From Lama guanicoe (Eukaryota): a DNA stretch of 64,000 nt. The stretch's first letter is position 1, and the number at the start of each line of letters is the position of its first letter. Below the pieces are notes generated by a model that worked only from the letters and a program-made list of their open reading frames with translations, was not told where the DNA came from and searched no databases. Position numbers and translations under genes: made by a program. Shown piece after piece: positions 1 to 14,472 of the stretch. Where the stretch lies: positions 3,077,168 to 3,141,167 of the forward strand of contig MU053482.1 in the NCBI GenBank assembly GCA_013239625.1, given 5' to 3'.

Positions 1-802
1 TGTGTTATTATTAAATAAAGCATTTGGTGCAGATCTCCATACACAACTAAAACACATGCCTCTTCTTTCATTCTGATCTGTAAATACTTAACTATCTTTT
101 CAGAGAATAAAAGATCCTTCTCTGAACCAAGGATCTTTAACAACTTGATTCCTAATTTCTCTATATAAAATAAAATCACCAGCAGCAAAATATTATTATT
201 ACTATTCTCCGCTATTTTGGGTGTCAGGAGTGTTTTTCTTTTATAGACTTCTAAGAACTTTTAGATTTATTGGTTTCAATACAATGCTCTTCCAGAAATT
301 GAAATGGGAGTAATATTCGTTGTTCTATCCACCAGAATGGGGTGCTGTGAACATAGTTAAATTGTAAATGGAAAGATGCATTAAAATAAGAAAAATCACT
401 TAACACAAAACAGCATCCTTATTTTGAGTCATCTCTGTCCTAAATCTCCCTTTATATGGCCAATTCCTTGAAGACAGAAACTAAATTTGTCTTCTATATA
501 TTTAATATCTCCTAAGGGAGCTAGACAAATGTTGATTACTGATTAGTAAGTATTCTTTATTTATATAATTGATATTATAACATATTAAAGAAGATGTGAT
601 TATCTATAACTAAGATATTAAGTGTACTACAGAAATATTATATTTTATTCCATTTAATTCTTGCAAGAATTTAATAATCTATAAATCAAATTTCACCCTA
701 AACCTGACCAACTTTTCTTGAGAGGTATAGGAAGATGATTGTCCTCCCTGGCTGACAGATAAATGGAGGGGAGATTATTATAGAGAATTACTTAATGTAC
801 TG

Positions 803-1045
803 CAGTGGTCTCCAACCTTTTATGTTTAATGACACCTCTCAGTAAAAAAAAAAGTTTTCAGTACACTCCTCTAAGATAACTGTGTTTATAAATTATATAT
901 ATATATATATATATGAACTACTACCTGCTTATTAAATTATTAGTAAAGTTTAATTTCCATTTTTTAGACAAAAATTAAGTAGCAACATTTTTTTCCAGTA
1001 ATATACCAGATCATCTTGTACACTATAATGAAGAAAACTGCTTTA
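803..1045. mobile_element. Probable hAT-Charlie MITE relic containing a (TA)n repeat
   Basis: Begins cagtggtctccaac and ends gaagaaaactg, an imperfect hAT-type terminal inverted repeat. Confidence 0.4.
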
Positions 1046-1445
1046 GATAGTAAAAATACATGAAGACAAAAGACAAAAAAAAAATGGCTAAATGAAACTA
1101 TGGCTTTAGGACACTGATAGACTAAACATAACTGCAGTTTGAAATCACATATTTATACATTAAACTTGAGTCTTACAGAGAAAGGTCTAAGTTCTATTTT
1201 TACAATCAGTCAATTTTTCAAAAATATTTTAATCGATCATTTAAAATTCAGTTGTTCAAGATTTTTATGTACTTCTGAGACAGCCTATAATTATATTTTT
1301 TCTAATCCATATTATAAATACCAGATCTAATATGCACAATAGCAAATAGTATTTTTTATTTTGGTTAAATGTTTAAAATACTACTCTACTTTTATGTACT
1401 AGTCTAATTTTGTCTGTAAATAATGCATTCATTTGATAAGAACTA

Positions 1446-1595
<150 letters not shown>

Positions 1596-2022
1596 TTAAA
1601 TGAATAAGTTATCACTTAGTAATGGATGAATGGTCACAACAAAAATATAATAGGAAGCCTAAATGTCTTCATGCATAAATGTGTTGTTATAAAATACATT
1701 TCTCTCTAAAAGGGTTTTTGATACCTGAAATGCTACATGTATTAGAAAGAATAAAAATGAATGTCCATAAAGCAGGAGGAGAAATCAGAAAGAAATTAAT
1801 GTCAATTTTAAAAGAAAAATCAATTTAAAATTAACATTCCCTAAAGGATAATATGTCAGTTCCATAGTATTACTAAAAATTATCATCCTAGTCACATAAA
1901 GCAGAGATTTTAAATACCCACATTTGATAAATTAAGGTCAATATACATAGCTAGGAAAAGACAACTAAGTTGTTTTATTAAATTAGAGTCTACATTTTGG
2001 ACAGATACAATATGGTACTCTA

Positions 2023-2235
<213 letters not shown>

Positions 2236-3147
2236 TTACTTAACAAATCTGTCTGTGCGTAAGTCTCATTTGTAGCAGCACTAAATGGTGGGCATCTAGT
2301 CTGTCCCACTGTTGGATAGTGTAGGCTGTTAAATAGTTCCTTTTAAATTGAACCAAACAAAACTTACCTCCAGTACATCCAATTTTCCTCTCAGGAAAAA
2401 AAAAAAACAAATCACAGAGTCTTCCTTTTCACCATGTTAGAGAAAAGCATTTTTCACAAGACATTTGATTTTTATATCCATCAAAAGAATTGTCATCACA
2501 AATATAAAACCCTCAAGACTGTATTTTAAAGCTTATGAAATTATTTCAGTTTATCCAACTTATAAAAATCTATTCTTGTATTAATAAGGTATGACAAGTA
2601 TTTTGATAATTTAAATTTTTTAAAAATCACAGTTTTAAAACTGTAAGGAAACTTTATTTAGTCAACTTCTAATTTAATGGTCAAGAATGCTTAAGTAACA
2701 TGTCAAAGAGGTCAAAGGTTCCTTACTGGCCACAAAGCTCATTTCTAAGAAATGCATTGGGCGAAATAAAAAAAGTCACCTCTTTTATTCACCCTTTTAT
2801 GGCTTCCATTTGGAACTACTTTCATCTACTCACTCAAATGTGATTCTCTCCTGTTACCAACAACCTGTTTCTATTTTTTGTAAATTTCCCTTTTCTATCC
2901 TTGTCTGATCCTTTCAATTGGATGCCTGGCATAGTTTTTCAGGCTATAACCTAGGTTCTGATTTTTTTGTCCCATACTTACTCATGCCTCCTCAGAGCAA
3001 CTGGCCAAGCCCTACTTCCTTCCAGTCAGTGTGCTGCCCTGTGGCTTCTCCTTGAGCAGAGATCACTAGGTCAGTCAGGGGTAATTTTCCTAATTTCTAA
3101 TTTGGTGCACCTTTACCAGGCTGTCCATTTAATTCCCACTATAGTCA

Positions 3148-3297
<150 letters not shown>

Positions 3298-5353
3298 CTA
3301 AAGCAAAGAAGTTTTGTTATGTAAAAGATCTTAGTATCAATAAAACCTATTATATAACCTATTTGGGGCATTAAGATGAAAAAGTATCAGTACATGAATT
3401 ACAATATATTCCCTCCATTAAATACAATACAGTTAGCTGAGGCAGCTCTGTATGTACTACTGTGAAAAAATCTCCTAGAAAAAATATAAAAATACTAAAA
3501 ATTAATTAGTTAGTTAACTGAAACACTGAGGAAAAAGGGAATAAGCTTAAGAACCTCATAGTCTAGAGGAGTAATAGTATAATACAATGTGACAAGCATT
3601 AGAAATATATAAAATATAAAATATAATTCAACTATGGAAAGCTAAAACAAGAAGGTAAGATCTGGGTTAGGCTTTGAAGGAAAGCAGACTGGGAAGCAGG
3701 TGGGAAAGAATGGTCTACACAGGACTTACAGAAAAAAATTATTTTGCATCAGTATGCAGGAAATTTTTGTCTTTGCAGGCTCATTTTCAAATATTCAGGA
3801 TTTGGTGCTATACTCAAAATAGACCAAAAGACTCAAAACAGTACTTACAAGTGACACTGAAATATCGATAATATTTATAATCCAATCACCAAATCGTTAC
3901 CACAGTATAATGTCTTCATGTCTATAAAATCATCCATTGATTATTATAGTTTGAGTACTGTGTAACCATTTGATTACAACTGTTTACTAAACAAATGAAG
4001 CTCATATACTTGTGTGTCAAAGCTCCCACACAGTCCATCAAATGTGATTTCTTTTTGGTCCTATTTTGACAATATACTATGCTCTTATGGCTTATTTAAA
4101 ATACTACACTATAGCATAATTCACCTTTGTACTTGAAAATTATGTAAATAGGCATACTCAGTTTTACAAAAAATTAATTTTATTCTGATCAAATTTGATG
4201 GCACAGATTTTGTAAGTTAGAGTATACCAGTGTGGAACAGAACCTCTCCCAGTAGCCACTGACGTTAAGAATTAAAATCTTAATCTTTGTGAATTTTGGT
4301 ACTTAATTCCTGAATAATTATAAATATCATTATTAAGTAAGCATATATAAGATTTTAAAACTTTTTTAAGATTTCTAGAAACATAAAACATTTTAAATTC
4401 ACTCAAATACTACCTTCTTAGCTTTTGCAATATCCCATATACTACCTATGCAATTATTTAGCTAATATTTTCTTTAAAATGTCTTTAAATCAACTCATCT
4501 CTTTAAATCTGTATTTTCTTGGATGATATCATCTGTGAAATCACAGGTTTTATATGCTACTTTTGATAAACATTATAATAAATACATAATTATTACAATG
4601 AAAAGGCTGCCATTTACCACCTCAAATCATTTCATACTTCACTCTGGGAAACAGTATTTGTTATTCTGTGTATAAAACATTCATCCTATACATAAAGACT
4701 ACGATACAGAAGACTAGAGATAAGAGTGTGATTTGCTCAAAAATATTAAGTGACAGGCTACAGACTAGAATTTAGGTCTCCTAAGTCCTACACAGTATTC
4801 TTTTTACTCTATTATGCCTTGTATTCCAGATTACAAATTACATTAGGAAAAGTCAGTCTTCTCTAAATGTTCCCATCGCATAGGTATCACTATAACAAAA
4901 CAAGGACTAATATAAATTTCAACATTTCTGAGAATAAAATCCCTCCTGGTATTCCTAGATTTCTGAGTTCCTATCTAAGGGAGAAAAAAGGTTTAACAGC
5001 CTAGACTGGAATATTATTCAAGAAGAATATAAAGACCTTAGTTCTAGTAATGGCATGAAAAGGAATGCAGAATTTCTAAGTTTCAATTTTCTGATGAGGG
5101 ATAAATGGGTACCTAAAACATTTGTTAGTAAAATAAAAACCCTGTGCTTTTGAAAATCAACTAAAGTTGACAAAAAATTCAATTGAATTCAATGAGAAAC
5201 ACACAGGTCACAAGATTCTTAAAACTTCACTGCACAAAATGCTAGACATCTAATCAATCAATAAGTTATATCTTTCTGCAGTAACTTGAAAACACTGCAA
5301 GCCAGTATCACACTGATTTGCAAGCAGCACATCTACCAAAGAGTAATGAGATG

Positions 5354-7474
5354 TGGAAGAGAAGAGGTAAAATTATCATTATATGCAGATGACATGATAC
5401 TATATATATAAAACCCTAAAGGTTCCACACAAAAACTACTAGAGCTGATAAAAGAATTCAGCAAGGTAGCAGGATACAGAAACCAGTGGCACTTCTTTAC
5501 ACTAACAATGAAATATCAGAAAAGGAAAGTAAAGAAATAATCTCTTTTAAAACTGCATACCCAAAAATAAAATACTTAGGAATAAATCTGACCAAGGAAG
5601 TGAAAGACTTATACATAGAGAACTACAAAACACTGACTAAGAAAATTAAATATGACTTAAAGAAATGGAAAGATAGCCCATGTTCTTGAATTAGAATTAA
5701 TGTTATTAAAATGGCCATATTATCCAAAGCAATCTACAGATTTAATGCAATCCCTATCAAATTACCCAGGACATTTTTCACAAAACCAGAAAAAAGAATC
5801 CTAAAATTTATATGAAATCACAGAAGACCCAGAATTGTCAAAGCAATACTGAAGAGAAATAATGAAGCTGGAGGAATAACCCTCCCACACTTCAGACAAT
5901 ATTATAGAGCTACAGTAATCAAAACAGCATGGTATTGGTACAAGAACAGACATATGGCTCAGTGGAACAGAATAGAGAGCCCAGAAATAAACCCAGAAAC
6001 TTTTGGTCAGTTAATCTTTGACAAAGGAGACAAGAACATACAATGGAGTAAAGACAGTCTCTTCAGCAAATGGTGTTGGGATAATGGGACAGTTGCATGT
6101 AAATCAATGAAGTTAGAATACTCCCTCATACCATACACAAAAATAAACTCAAAATGGCTTAAAGACTTAAATACAAGACAAGACATGATAAGCCTCCCAG
6201 AAGAAAACACAGGCAAAACATTACCTAACATATATCTTAGCAACGTTCTCCTGGGAAGTCTACCCAGGCAACAGAAATAAAAGCAAAAATAAACAAATGG
6301 GACATAATTAAACTTACAAGCTTCTGCACAGCAAAGGAAACAATAAGCAAAACAAAAAGACAACCTATGGAATGGGAGAAAATATTTGCAAAAGATGAGA
6401 CTCACAAGGGCTTAATTTCCAGAATATATAAACAGCTCATACAGCTTAACAAGAAAAAAAACAAATAATCCAATCCAAAAATGGGCAGAAGGCCTAAATA
6501 AGCAATTCTCCAGCAAAAACATACAAATGGCCAGTAGGAGTATGAAAAAATGCTCAATATCGCTAATAATCAGAGAAATGCAAATCAAAACTACAATGAG
6601 GTATCACCTCACCAGTCAGAATGGCCATCACTCAAAAGTCCACAAATGAAAAATGCTGAAGAGGCTATGGAGAAAAGGGAACCCTCCTATACTGTTGGTA
6701 GGAATGTAGCTTGGTGCAGACATCATGGAAAATACCATGGAGATTCCTCAAAAGACTAAAGATAGATAAACCCTCTGAACCAGCAATCCCACTCCTGGGC
6801 ATATTGAATTAAGGCAGAGGAAACCTTAATTCAAAAAGATACCTGCACTCCAATGTTCATAGCAGCACTATTTACAATAGCCAAGACATGGAAACAACCT
6901 AAATGTCTCTCAACAGATGACTGGATAAAGAAGCTGTGGTATATCTGTGGAATCTATACTATAGTATATATAGTATACTATGGAATACTACTCAGCCATA
7001 AAAATAAATGAAATAATGCCATTTACAGCAACATGGATGGACCTGGAGATTGTCATTCTAAGTGAAGTAACCCAGAAAAAGAAAGAAAAATACCATATGA
7101 TACCACTTTTATGTGGAATCCAAAAAAAAAAAAAAACCAGACAAGTGAACTTATTTACAAAAGAGAAACAGACTCACAGACATAGAAAACAAACTTATGG
7201 TTACCAGGAGGGAAAGGGGATAGGAAGGGATAAATTAGGAGTTCGAGATTTGCAGGTACTAACTAATATATACAAAATAGATAAACAACAAGTTCATACT
7301 GTATAGCACAGGGAACTATATTCAGTATCTTGTAGTAACTTACGGTGAAAAAGAATATGAAAATGAATGTATGTATGTTTGTGTATGACTAAAGCATTAT
7401 GCTGTACACCAGAAATTGATACAACATTGTAACTGACTAAAAAAAAATATATATATACAAAAAATTTTAAAAAA
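5354..7474 (+). mobile_element. 5'-truncated LINE-1 (3' part of ORF2 plus 3'UTR), older relative of the full-length copy
   Basis: Aligns by eye to 17830-19880 (YADD region to 3' end), with stops and frameshifts. A-rich tail. No clear TSD. Confidence 0.93.
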
Positions 7475-7571
7475 GAATATATAGGTCTCTTTTTAAAGTA
7501 ATTTAAAGTACTGCCAATGATATTTAATGCCAATTACTTTAGTTTAGATTTAAATCAAGAGAAAAATACTA

Positions 7572-8145
<574 letters not shown>

Positions 8146-9732
8146 AACATAGTAATCATTGTAAGAGTCAATAAGCAAAGCCATTAGTATACATCAAAAT
8201 GGTACTGTACAGGTAGTTAAAAAAGAAACTGATCTTTAGCATTTTACAACAGGCTATTTAAAAATAACTTACATAAAAATGTAATAGAGAAACTAGCCAA
8301 GATTGTTGAAGTTATTATTTTAATAATAGGATTAAAATTCAATCTAATTTATTTATTAAAAAGATAACAAATTAATTTTTGTCAACACTTGGTTTGTCTA
8401 ACTTCCAGAGACCATTTATAGTTAGTGGGAAAAAATAACCTACAAACCAGATGAGTATGTTTCTAAACAGTACTAGTTAGGTTTTACTTAATATGGTTAT
8501 TGATTTATACATATTTTATGTGATATCAAAGTTAAATAGGAACTAGATCAATATATAAAGTTAGGAAGAATGATTAATAAATGAATGAGGGTACTGTTTA
8601 CAACTGCAATGTAGAATTGCCTTTTATCAGTTTAAAAGACACCTATGATTTGATTATAATTATAATTATAATTATAAAAATTATAATTTTAATTATGTAG
8701 AAGTACCAACAGAGCTTACCTCTTTGTTGGCATTTGAAACTAAAACAAAAGTAGAATTACAAACTCTTCAGGATTGTGGATCACAGACATTACACAGCCC
8801 AACCTTTCAGTGAGAAATGCTTCTTAAAACTCCCTGAAATGTGTCATGCAACCTGTTCCTTGCCCTCTACACAGTACCTGAGAGTACACTTCTCACATAA
8901 GGAAACCTACTCATCATCACTGGGCAGCTCTATTAGCTGAATACACTTAAACTGAGCAGAAATTTGTTTCCATATCCACTATACCCACCAGTTTCATTTT
9001 AGCCTCTTTCTTTCCTGTGACAGCTAAGTATTTATCTTTTATAGTACCAGGTTATTACCTGATACTATAGAGAAAATTCTGTTAGGGCCTCACAGGATAT
9101 AGTTTCTAAACTCCTGACATCCTAGATGTCCTTCTCTGAAGTGCATTTTTTTTTAAAGTTCCTTTTAAAGTGCAGTACAGAGAACTAAATGTGTTATTTC
9201 CAAACTGGTTGAATGTAGAATATTATTTTCCTTCTTTGGTACTTCCATTCATACAGCAGTAAGAATAGAATAATTTGGTGGGGCTCATACTGAACTTGTA
9301 TTCCACTAAAACCCTTCACTCTTTTGCAAATTCTTTTTGCTTTTTAGTTATCAGCCATTCAGCATTAACACAAGCCTCATTTCAAAATATGAATAAATTA
9401 AAGCAGTCATAATAAAGTATAAATGGAATTCTAATTGATGAATAATTTTATCTTCCTTTCTCACATGTAAGGCAAAGAATACAGAAAGATAAACTTGGTA
9501 CACCAAAAGAAGGACATTCTAAAATATTAATGAATTCATTTTGTAAATCTCCTGTACTTGCTATAAAGGAAAAATTAATGCATTTAGATTTTTCAATGAT
9601 GCTTTTCTTCCAGTCAATCTTTTCTGCTGGGAATGCAATAGATCTGAAAATAATAATTAGTTGAAATGTTATAGGACTCAAAGAAATAGGATAAACATCT
9701 GACCTCAATAACTGGTAATTTAAAATACTCAC

Positions 9733-9841
9733 AAGTTCATGAACATCAGTTTTAAAGATAGAATGTACTCCAATAATGAAAGGTGTTGGGGAACTTAAAA
9801 CTTCCAGTAGCTGAGCCGGGAGAATAGGAATATAAGGATAA
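9733..9841 (-). CDS. SBF2: SBF2 coding exon 8, 109 nt
   Basis: Boundaries tttccag|T TAT CCT...GAA CTT|gtgagt. Translation (S)[36 protein letters not shown], a core DENN motif. Confidence 0.97.
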
Positions 9842-10902
9842 CTGGAAACAATAAAAATATATGTGAGATATATTTGTTCTTCTATAATAAAAACATATTT
9901 TTCTTTCATTTTTATGCTATATAAATTTTAGATTCCCTATGTTTAGAAATTTTAGATTACCAATAACACTACATTTTTAGGAAAAAAAGATTTAAAAAAT
10001 ATTCATGTGAAAGATATGACCTGATATAACAGGATATAAAATAAATGGAACCCAAGGCAGCTTCCTTATCCCCTACCCCTCCTAGGCAAGCAGTCTCTTT
10101 AGGCTTTGTAAAACTGCTTGGAAGCATCCTTCCTTACATATAAATCTGATGTCAGATGCTAACACTGACTCCCTGATGGGACCTCTCCCTCAATACTGGT
10201 CATGATTTATCTATATAAAACAATCATTCGAATTGCATTTTCTATACCTGATTTTTATAGTTAGTAAGAATAGAAAAGTATAAAAATTAAGGTTTAGAAT
10301 GCTTTCTTATCTACGAGTTAAAAAAAAAATTAACCTCCTCACCCCCTCCCAAAGAAGAGACAAAAAAGGAAAACAAAGCCACATGTATTCGGCTTTGACA
10401 ATCACCAACTCACGGTCACATACATATTTCTACTCCTTCTGTTCTCTTCCCTACTGTATTATCTGCAGCAAATCCCAGGCATCATATCATTTATACACAA
10501 ATACTTTAGTACATATCTAAAGAAGATACAGGTTCTTTTAAAAATAAAACCATTATATAATACCACTATAACCTCCCAAATTAATAATTCCTTAATATTA
10601 AATAACCAGACAGCACTAAAGACTTTTATCTCCAACTATATTCAAAGAGAATTAAATGTTGCTGACAATACTATTTAAATTAATTATTTTTTTCACTAAA
10701 TAAATCAACACTCAATAATAGACAACTTGGAAAAGTTCCAAATGCCAGGCTAGATTTCCATCAGAACCATGACTCTTGTAACAACATAACTTTGTAAAAT
10801 ATGCCCTTGTGGTTCAAAACTGTTGTGCTATAATACTTTGACTGATTATCAGTAAGTAGTGCATAGTTTGAGAATAAATAAAAATACCAAATAAAAACTT
10901 CA

Positions 10903-11073
<171 letters not shown>

Positions 11074-11959
11074 TTAATTTTTATATGTGTAGCCAACAAA
11101 CATAGAATGACATGGAATGAAAAAGCCAGTATTTCAAAATCTGTGAAAAAAGTATTTGGTTAAACTTTAAATTCCATATAGCCTATAGGTGTTTGTTTTC
11201 CCAAACTTTTGTTTGTCTTTATTCTTCAAATCAGTGTAACACTCATTGAACATATTAGTTATTTGGAAATGCACTATCACCTTCTTTTCAACTTCATCTT
11301 TAAGATCTGAACTTAAATTCCTGTTTCAGATACTTGGCATTGTTCTAATACCTTGTTTCCCTTTTAAAGACTATTTGTCTGATGTTAACATAACCACATC
11401 AGTTTTGTTGTTTAAATTTTCCTGGGATATCTTTTTTCCATCTTTTTACTTCAACCTTTATCTACTTCTTGGCAACAGTATATAGTTGACATTTTTAAAA
11501 AATTCAGGCAAACAACTTTTGTCTTTTAACTAGATCATTTAGTTGACTTTTAATTCTTGTAATTATATCTATATATATATATATACACACATTTATAATC
11601 TTACTTTATACTTTTATAACTTGTTCTACCTCTCTATTTTTTTCTCTTTATGATTTCTATTTATCCTGGCTCTTCTTTTATCTCCTCTGCTAGTATGGAA
11701 TTTATAAGCTCTGCTTCTAATTTTTAGTGGCAACTCTAGAAAAGGAAGAATGTTTAACTATCAAAAATTGAAGTTAAATAAGTACATTGTTTCATATTTT
11801 CTCCTTTTTATTAACATATCATTTTTATATCAGTTTAACCTCAATTATATGGACCCACTAAATCAAGAGTTCCCATTAGTTTTCTCAAGGTAAAACCTTT
11901 CATGTATCCATTTACCATGATTTGTTCCTTCATGTGACACATGCAGATCTCTTCTTGGC

Positions 11960-12745
11960 CTATTAGTAATTGCTATCCTCTTATCATTTCTAATTGGACT
12001 AACTGGACTAATGCAAGAGTTTCATAACTAGTTTTCCTAATCCAGGTCTTGTTCAGACAGTTTCTAGAATGACAGACATAAAATACAAGTCTGATTATGT
12101 CACTTTCATGCCTCAAACCCTTCAATAACTTCTTATCCTTTTAGGCAGTGATTTAAAATGTATTCTGTTCTGCAGAAGCAATATAGTAAGAGAAGCTTGC
12201 TTCAACTTGCTTTATATATTAATATTTAAGAGCCTCTGTTGGTAAAATGAGGATTATATTAAAACCTATCTTACAGGGTTGCCTATAAGGAAGAAATGAG
12301 ATAATTCATGTAGTACTCAAGATAGCACCATGGCAGATAATCAAGATATATTAGCTGACATTATGATTATTATTGTAATTGTCATAGTTATTACCATTAA
12401 TTTCTTTTGAGGTTATGGTTTTGATGCTAAAATTGTTTGAAAGCACTTAACCTACAAGATTAAGTCTGAGCTCCAGGTCAAAATGCCTCCATGGCCTTAC
12501 TCCTATCTTTCCAATCTAGCTGCCACTCCCCCACCTATGTGGTCAGTACTGAACTAATCCAGCTCTTAGAACACTTCTTTCAGTTTGCTATCTTTTGCCC
12601 ATGCTTCTTTTGCTCATGTTCTCTCTGCCCGATGTCCCCTTCATTAAAATGTGAGTTCCTCAAAGTTCCTTACACTGCTGTATCCCTCATACTTAGCACA
12701 GCATCTACTATATAGCAGGCGCTCAAGAATGTTTACTAAACTGAT
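11960..12745 (+). mobile_element. Degenerate L2 fragments with an embedded MIR (~12230-12380)
   Basis: L2-like motifs aaatacaagtctgattatgtcact and cttagcacagcatct..tagcaggcgctcaagaatgtttactaaa. MIR core gtaaaatgaggat...acctatcttacagggttg..taagga.aaatgagataat. Confidence 0.6.
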
Positions 12746-12798
12746 AAGCTCTCTGAAAGGTTTTGTGAGTCACTATTAAAAGATGTTAAAACTTTTAG

Positions 12799-14000
12799 GG
12801 AGGACGGAGAAGATGGCGGAGTAGAAGGACGCTCCTAAGTCACCCTCTCCCACAAATACACCAAGACCCACATCTACAGACCCACTCAGCCAACCAGAGC
12901 ACCTGCGGAACTCTGACGGAACATCGCCCTCTTCAAAACATACAGACACCAAAAATCTGGTAGGAGAAAAGGAAAAAAGAAAGAACAAAAGGCAAAGCAG
13001 CCCGGGACGGGTCCCGCGGGGAGGGAGCGGCAAAGGAGGACTGGCGCTCACTCGCTGGGTCTCCCCTCTCCAACTGAGAGGCCAGCGGGACGGAGGGGGG
13101 CCTCCGAGGCTTGGATCTGTACAGAGCAGCCCTTGTCTGACAGAACTAAGTTAAACGGGCACAGAGCGTCCCCCCCGACACACAGCCTGAGACGCGGGCT
13201 GGCAGCAGCGGGCAGGGCCAGGCTGCACAAGCCGGGCGGAGGACGGGGGCGGCTGCACGGAGGCAGCCCCGGGGGACTGCAGGGGACTGCAAGGGGCTGG
13301 GCGCCGTGGCTGTGGGTGTACAGGACAGAACAACCTGGGCCCTCCATAAAACAGCAAGGTTGATGTGCTCTCGGGGGAAGGGTGCATACCCCCATCTCTG
13401 AAAACCCACGGAAACTTTTCAGGGGAAGAGAGGTGGGGCTCAGGCACAGCCGCCATATTCTCCGGCTCTTAGCACCCAGGAGGGGGCAGGGGCGAAACCT
13501 GCAACCGCACCGAAGGGCTTAGCAGCCTCAAAGGCCAGACTGAGATGGGCCTACAGCCTGGGGCAGATAGGATCCTTCCATCCTGGTCCCTCAGAGAACT
13601 TGCTCCACAAAGACAAACAAGGAGCTGGGTTTTGGCTCGGAGCAGGGACGAGGCTGTCCCTCGGTCTTCCCCGAGCCCACCTGTGGAGCGCCGACCAGGG
13701 CGGAGCACGCAGCCGCACAGAGCAGCGGAGCTACGGGTGGCGCAGGCAGAGGGAGAGTGCCCCCCACCTGTCGGGCAGGAACACAGCCCCTGACCAAGGT
13801 GCTGGGAGGGGGCACGACCCGCCCTCCTACCTGGCCAGTCTGCAACATCTGACTGCGGCATCCAGAGGGGCAGTGACCTGCCCGCCCACAGCAGACTAGA
13901 GCTGCACCTGACCCCGTGTTAGGAGGAGGCGCGATCTGCTTGCCGACAGGTGCTGGGAGCAGCACAGAAAAGGGCGCCAACGGAGGGCCTCTGAAAACAA
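12799..14000 (+). promoter_or_regulatory. L1 5'UTR internal Pol II promoter / CpG-rich island, with a YY1 motif at 12810-12819
   Basis: CpG-dense, GC-rich stretch in an AT-rich background. AAGATGGCGG lies about 11 nt from the 5' end, where mammalian L1s carry the YY1 site. Confidence 0.8.
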
Positions 14001-14472
14001 GCTGAGCTTCCAAAACAGGACGAAGACAGAAAGACTTCACATTAAAAGCATACAGACTCCAGGAGAACACCGACAACCCTTTTTTTTTTAAATCTGTTTT
14101 TACCTGTTCTATTTTCTATTACTCTCTTAATTTTTACTTCTTAATTCATTTCTGTTTCCCTTCGGTTTTGATGTCCTGTTATTGATTAGAAACAGGTTTC
14201 AAATACATCTATTCATCTCCCCACCCCCCCTTTTTTTAAAGGTTTTAAAAGGACGTCTCAACCCGATTAATACTCTGCTTCAACTCGCTCTTCTATTATT
14301 CATTATACACTGTTTTCAAACCCTCTTTCTCCCTTCTTTTAAAAATCTTTCTCTTTTTTCTTTTTTTTCCTAAGTTCTATTCCTAAATAGGCATTAGACA
14401 GATAAAATCCTTAAGATCCAAAATAGACAACTGATACTCCATAAACCACAGTGCCAGAGAGGTACGAGCAAG

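Noticed and set aside
2368..2389. Possible microexon in intron 10 with a perfect GAG|GTAAGT donor
   Set aside because: The acceptor is a weak GAG with two competing AGs, and the pyrimidine tract is just a homopolymer. No further support.
6945..6985. Palindromic insert tatactatagtata within an L1 fragment (similar AT hairpins near 8650-8700 and 46387-46420)
   Set aside because: Short AT-rich slippage or fold-back products, with no evidence of function.
9448..9909. 153-aa ORF as a stand-alone gene
   Set aside because: It is SBF2 exon 8 extended by open intronic sequence on both sides. The same applies to ORFs 38845..39102 and 40919..41101.
13133..14076. Several overlapping 76-161 aa ORFs in the L1 5'UTR
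   Set aside because: Expected in GC-rich DNA, several appear to rely on non-ATG starts, and none resembles a known protein. Only the antisense 13048-13395 frame is kept, as a weak lead.
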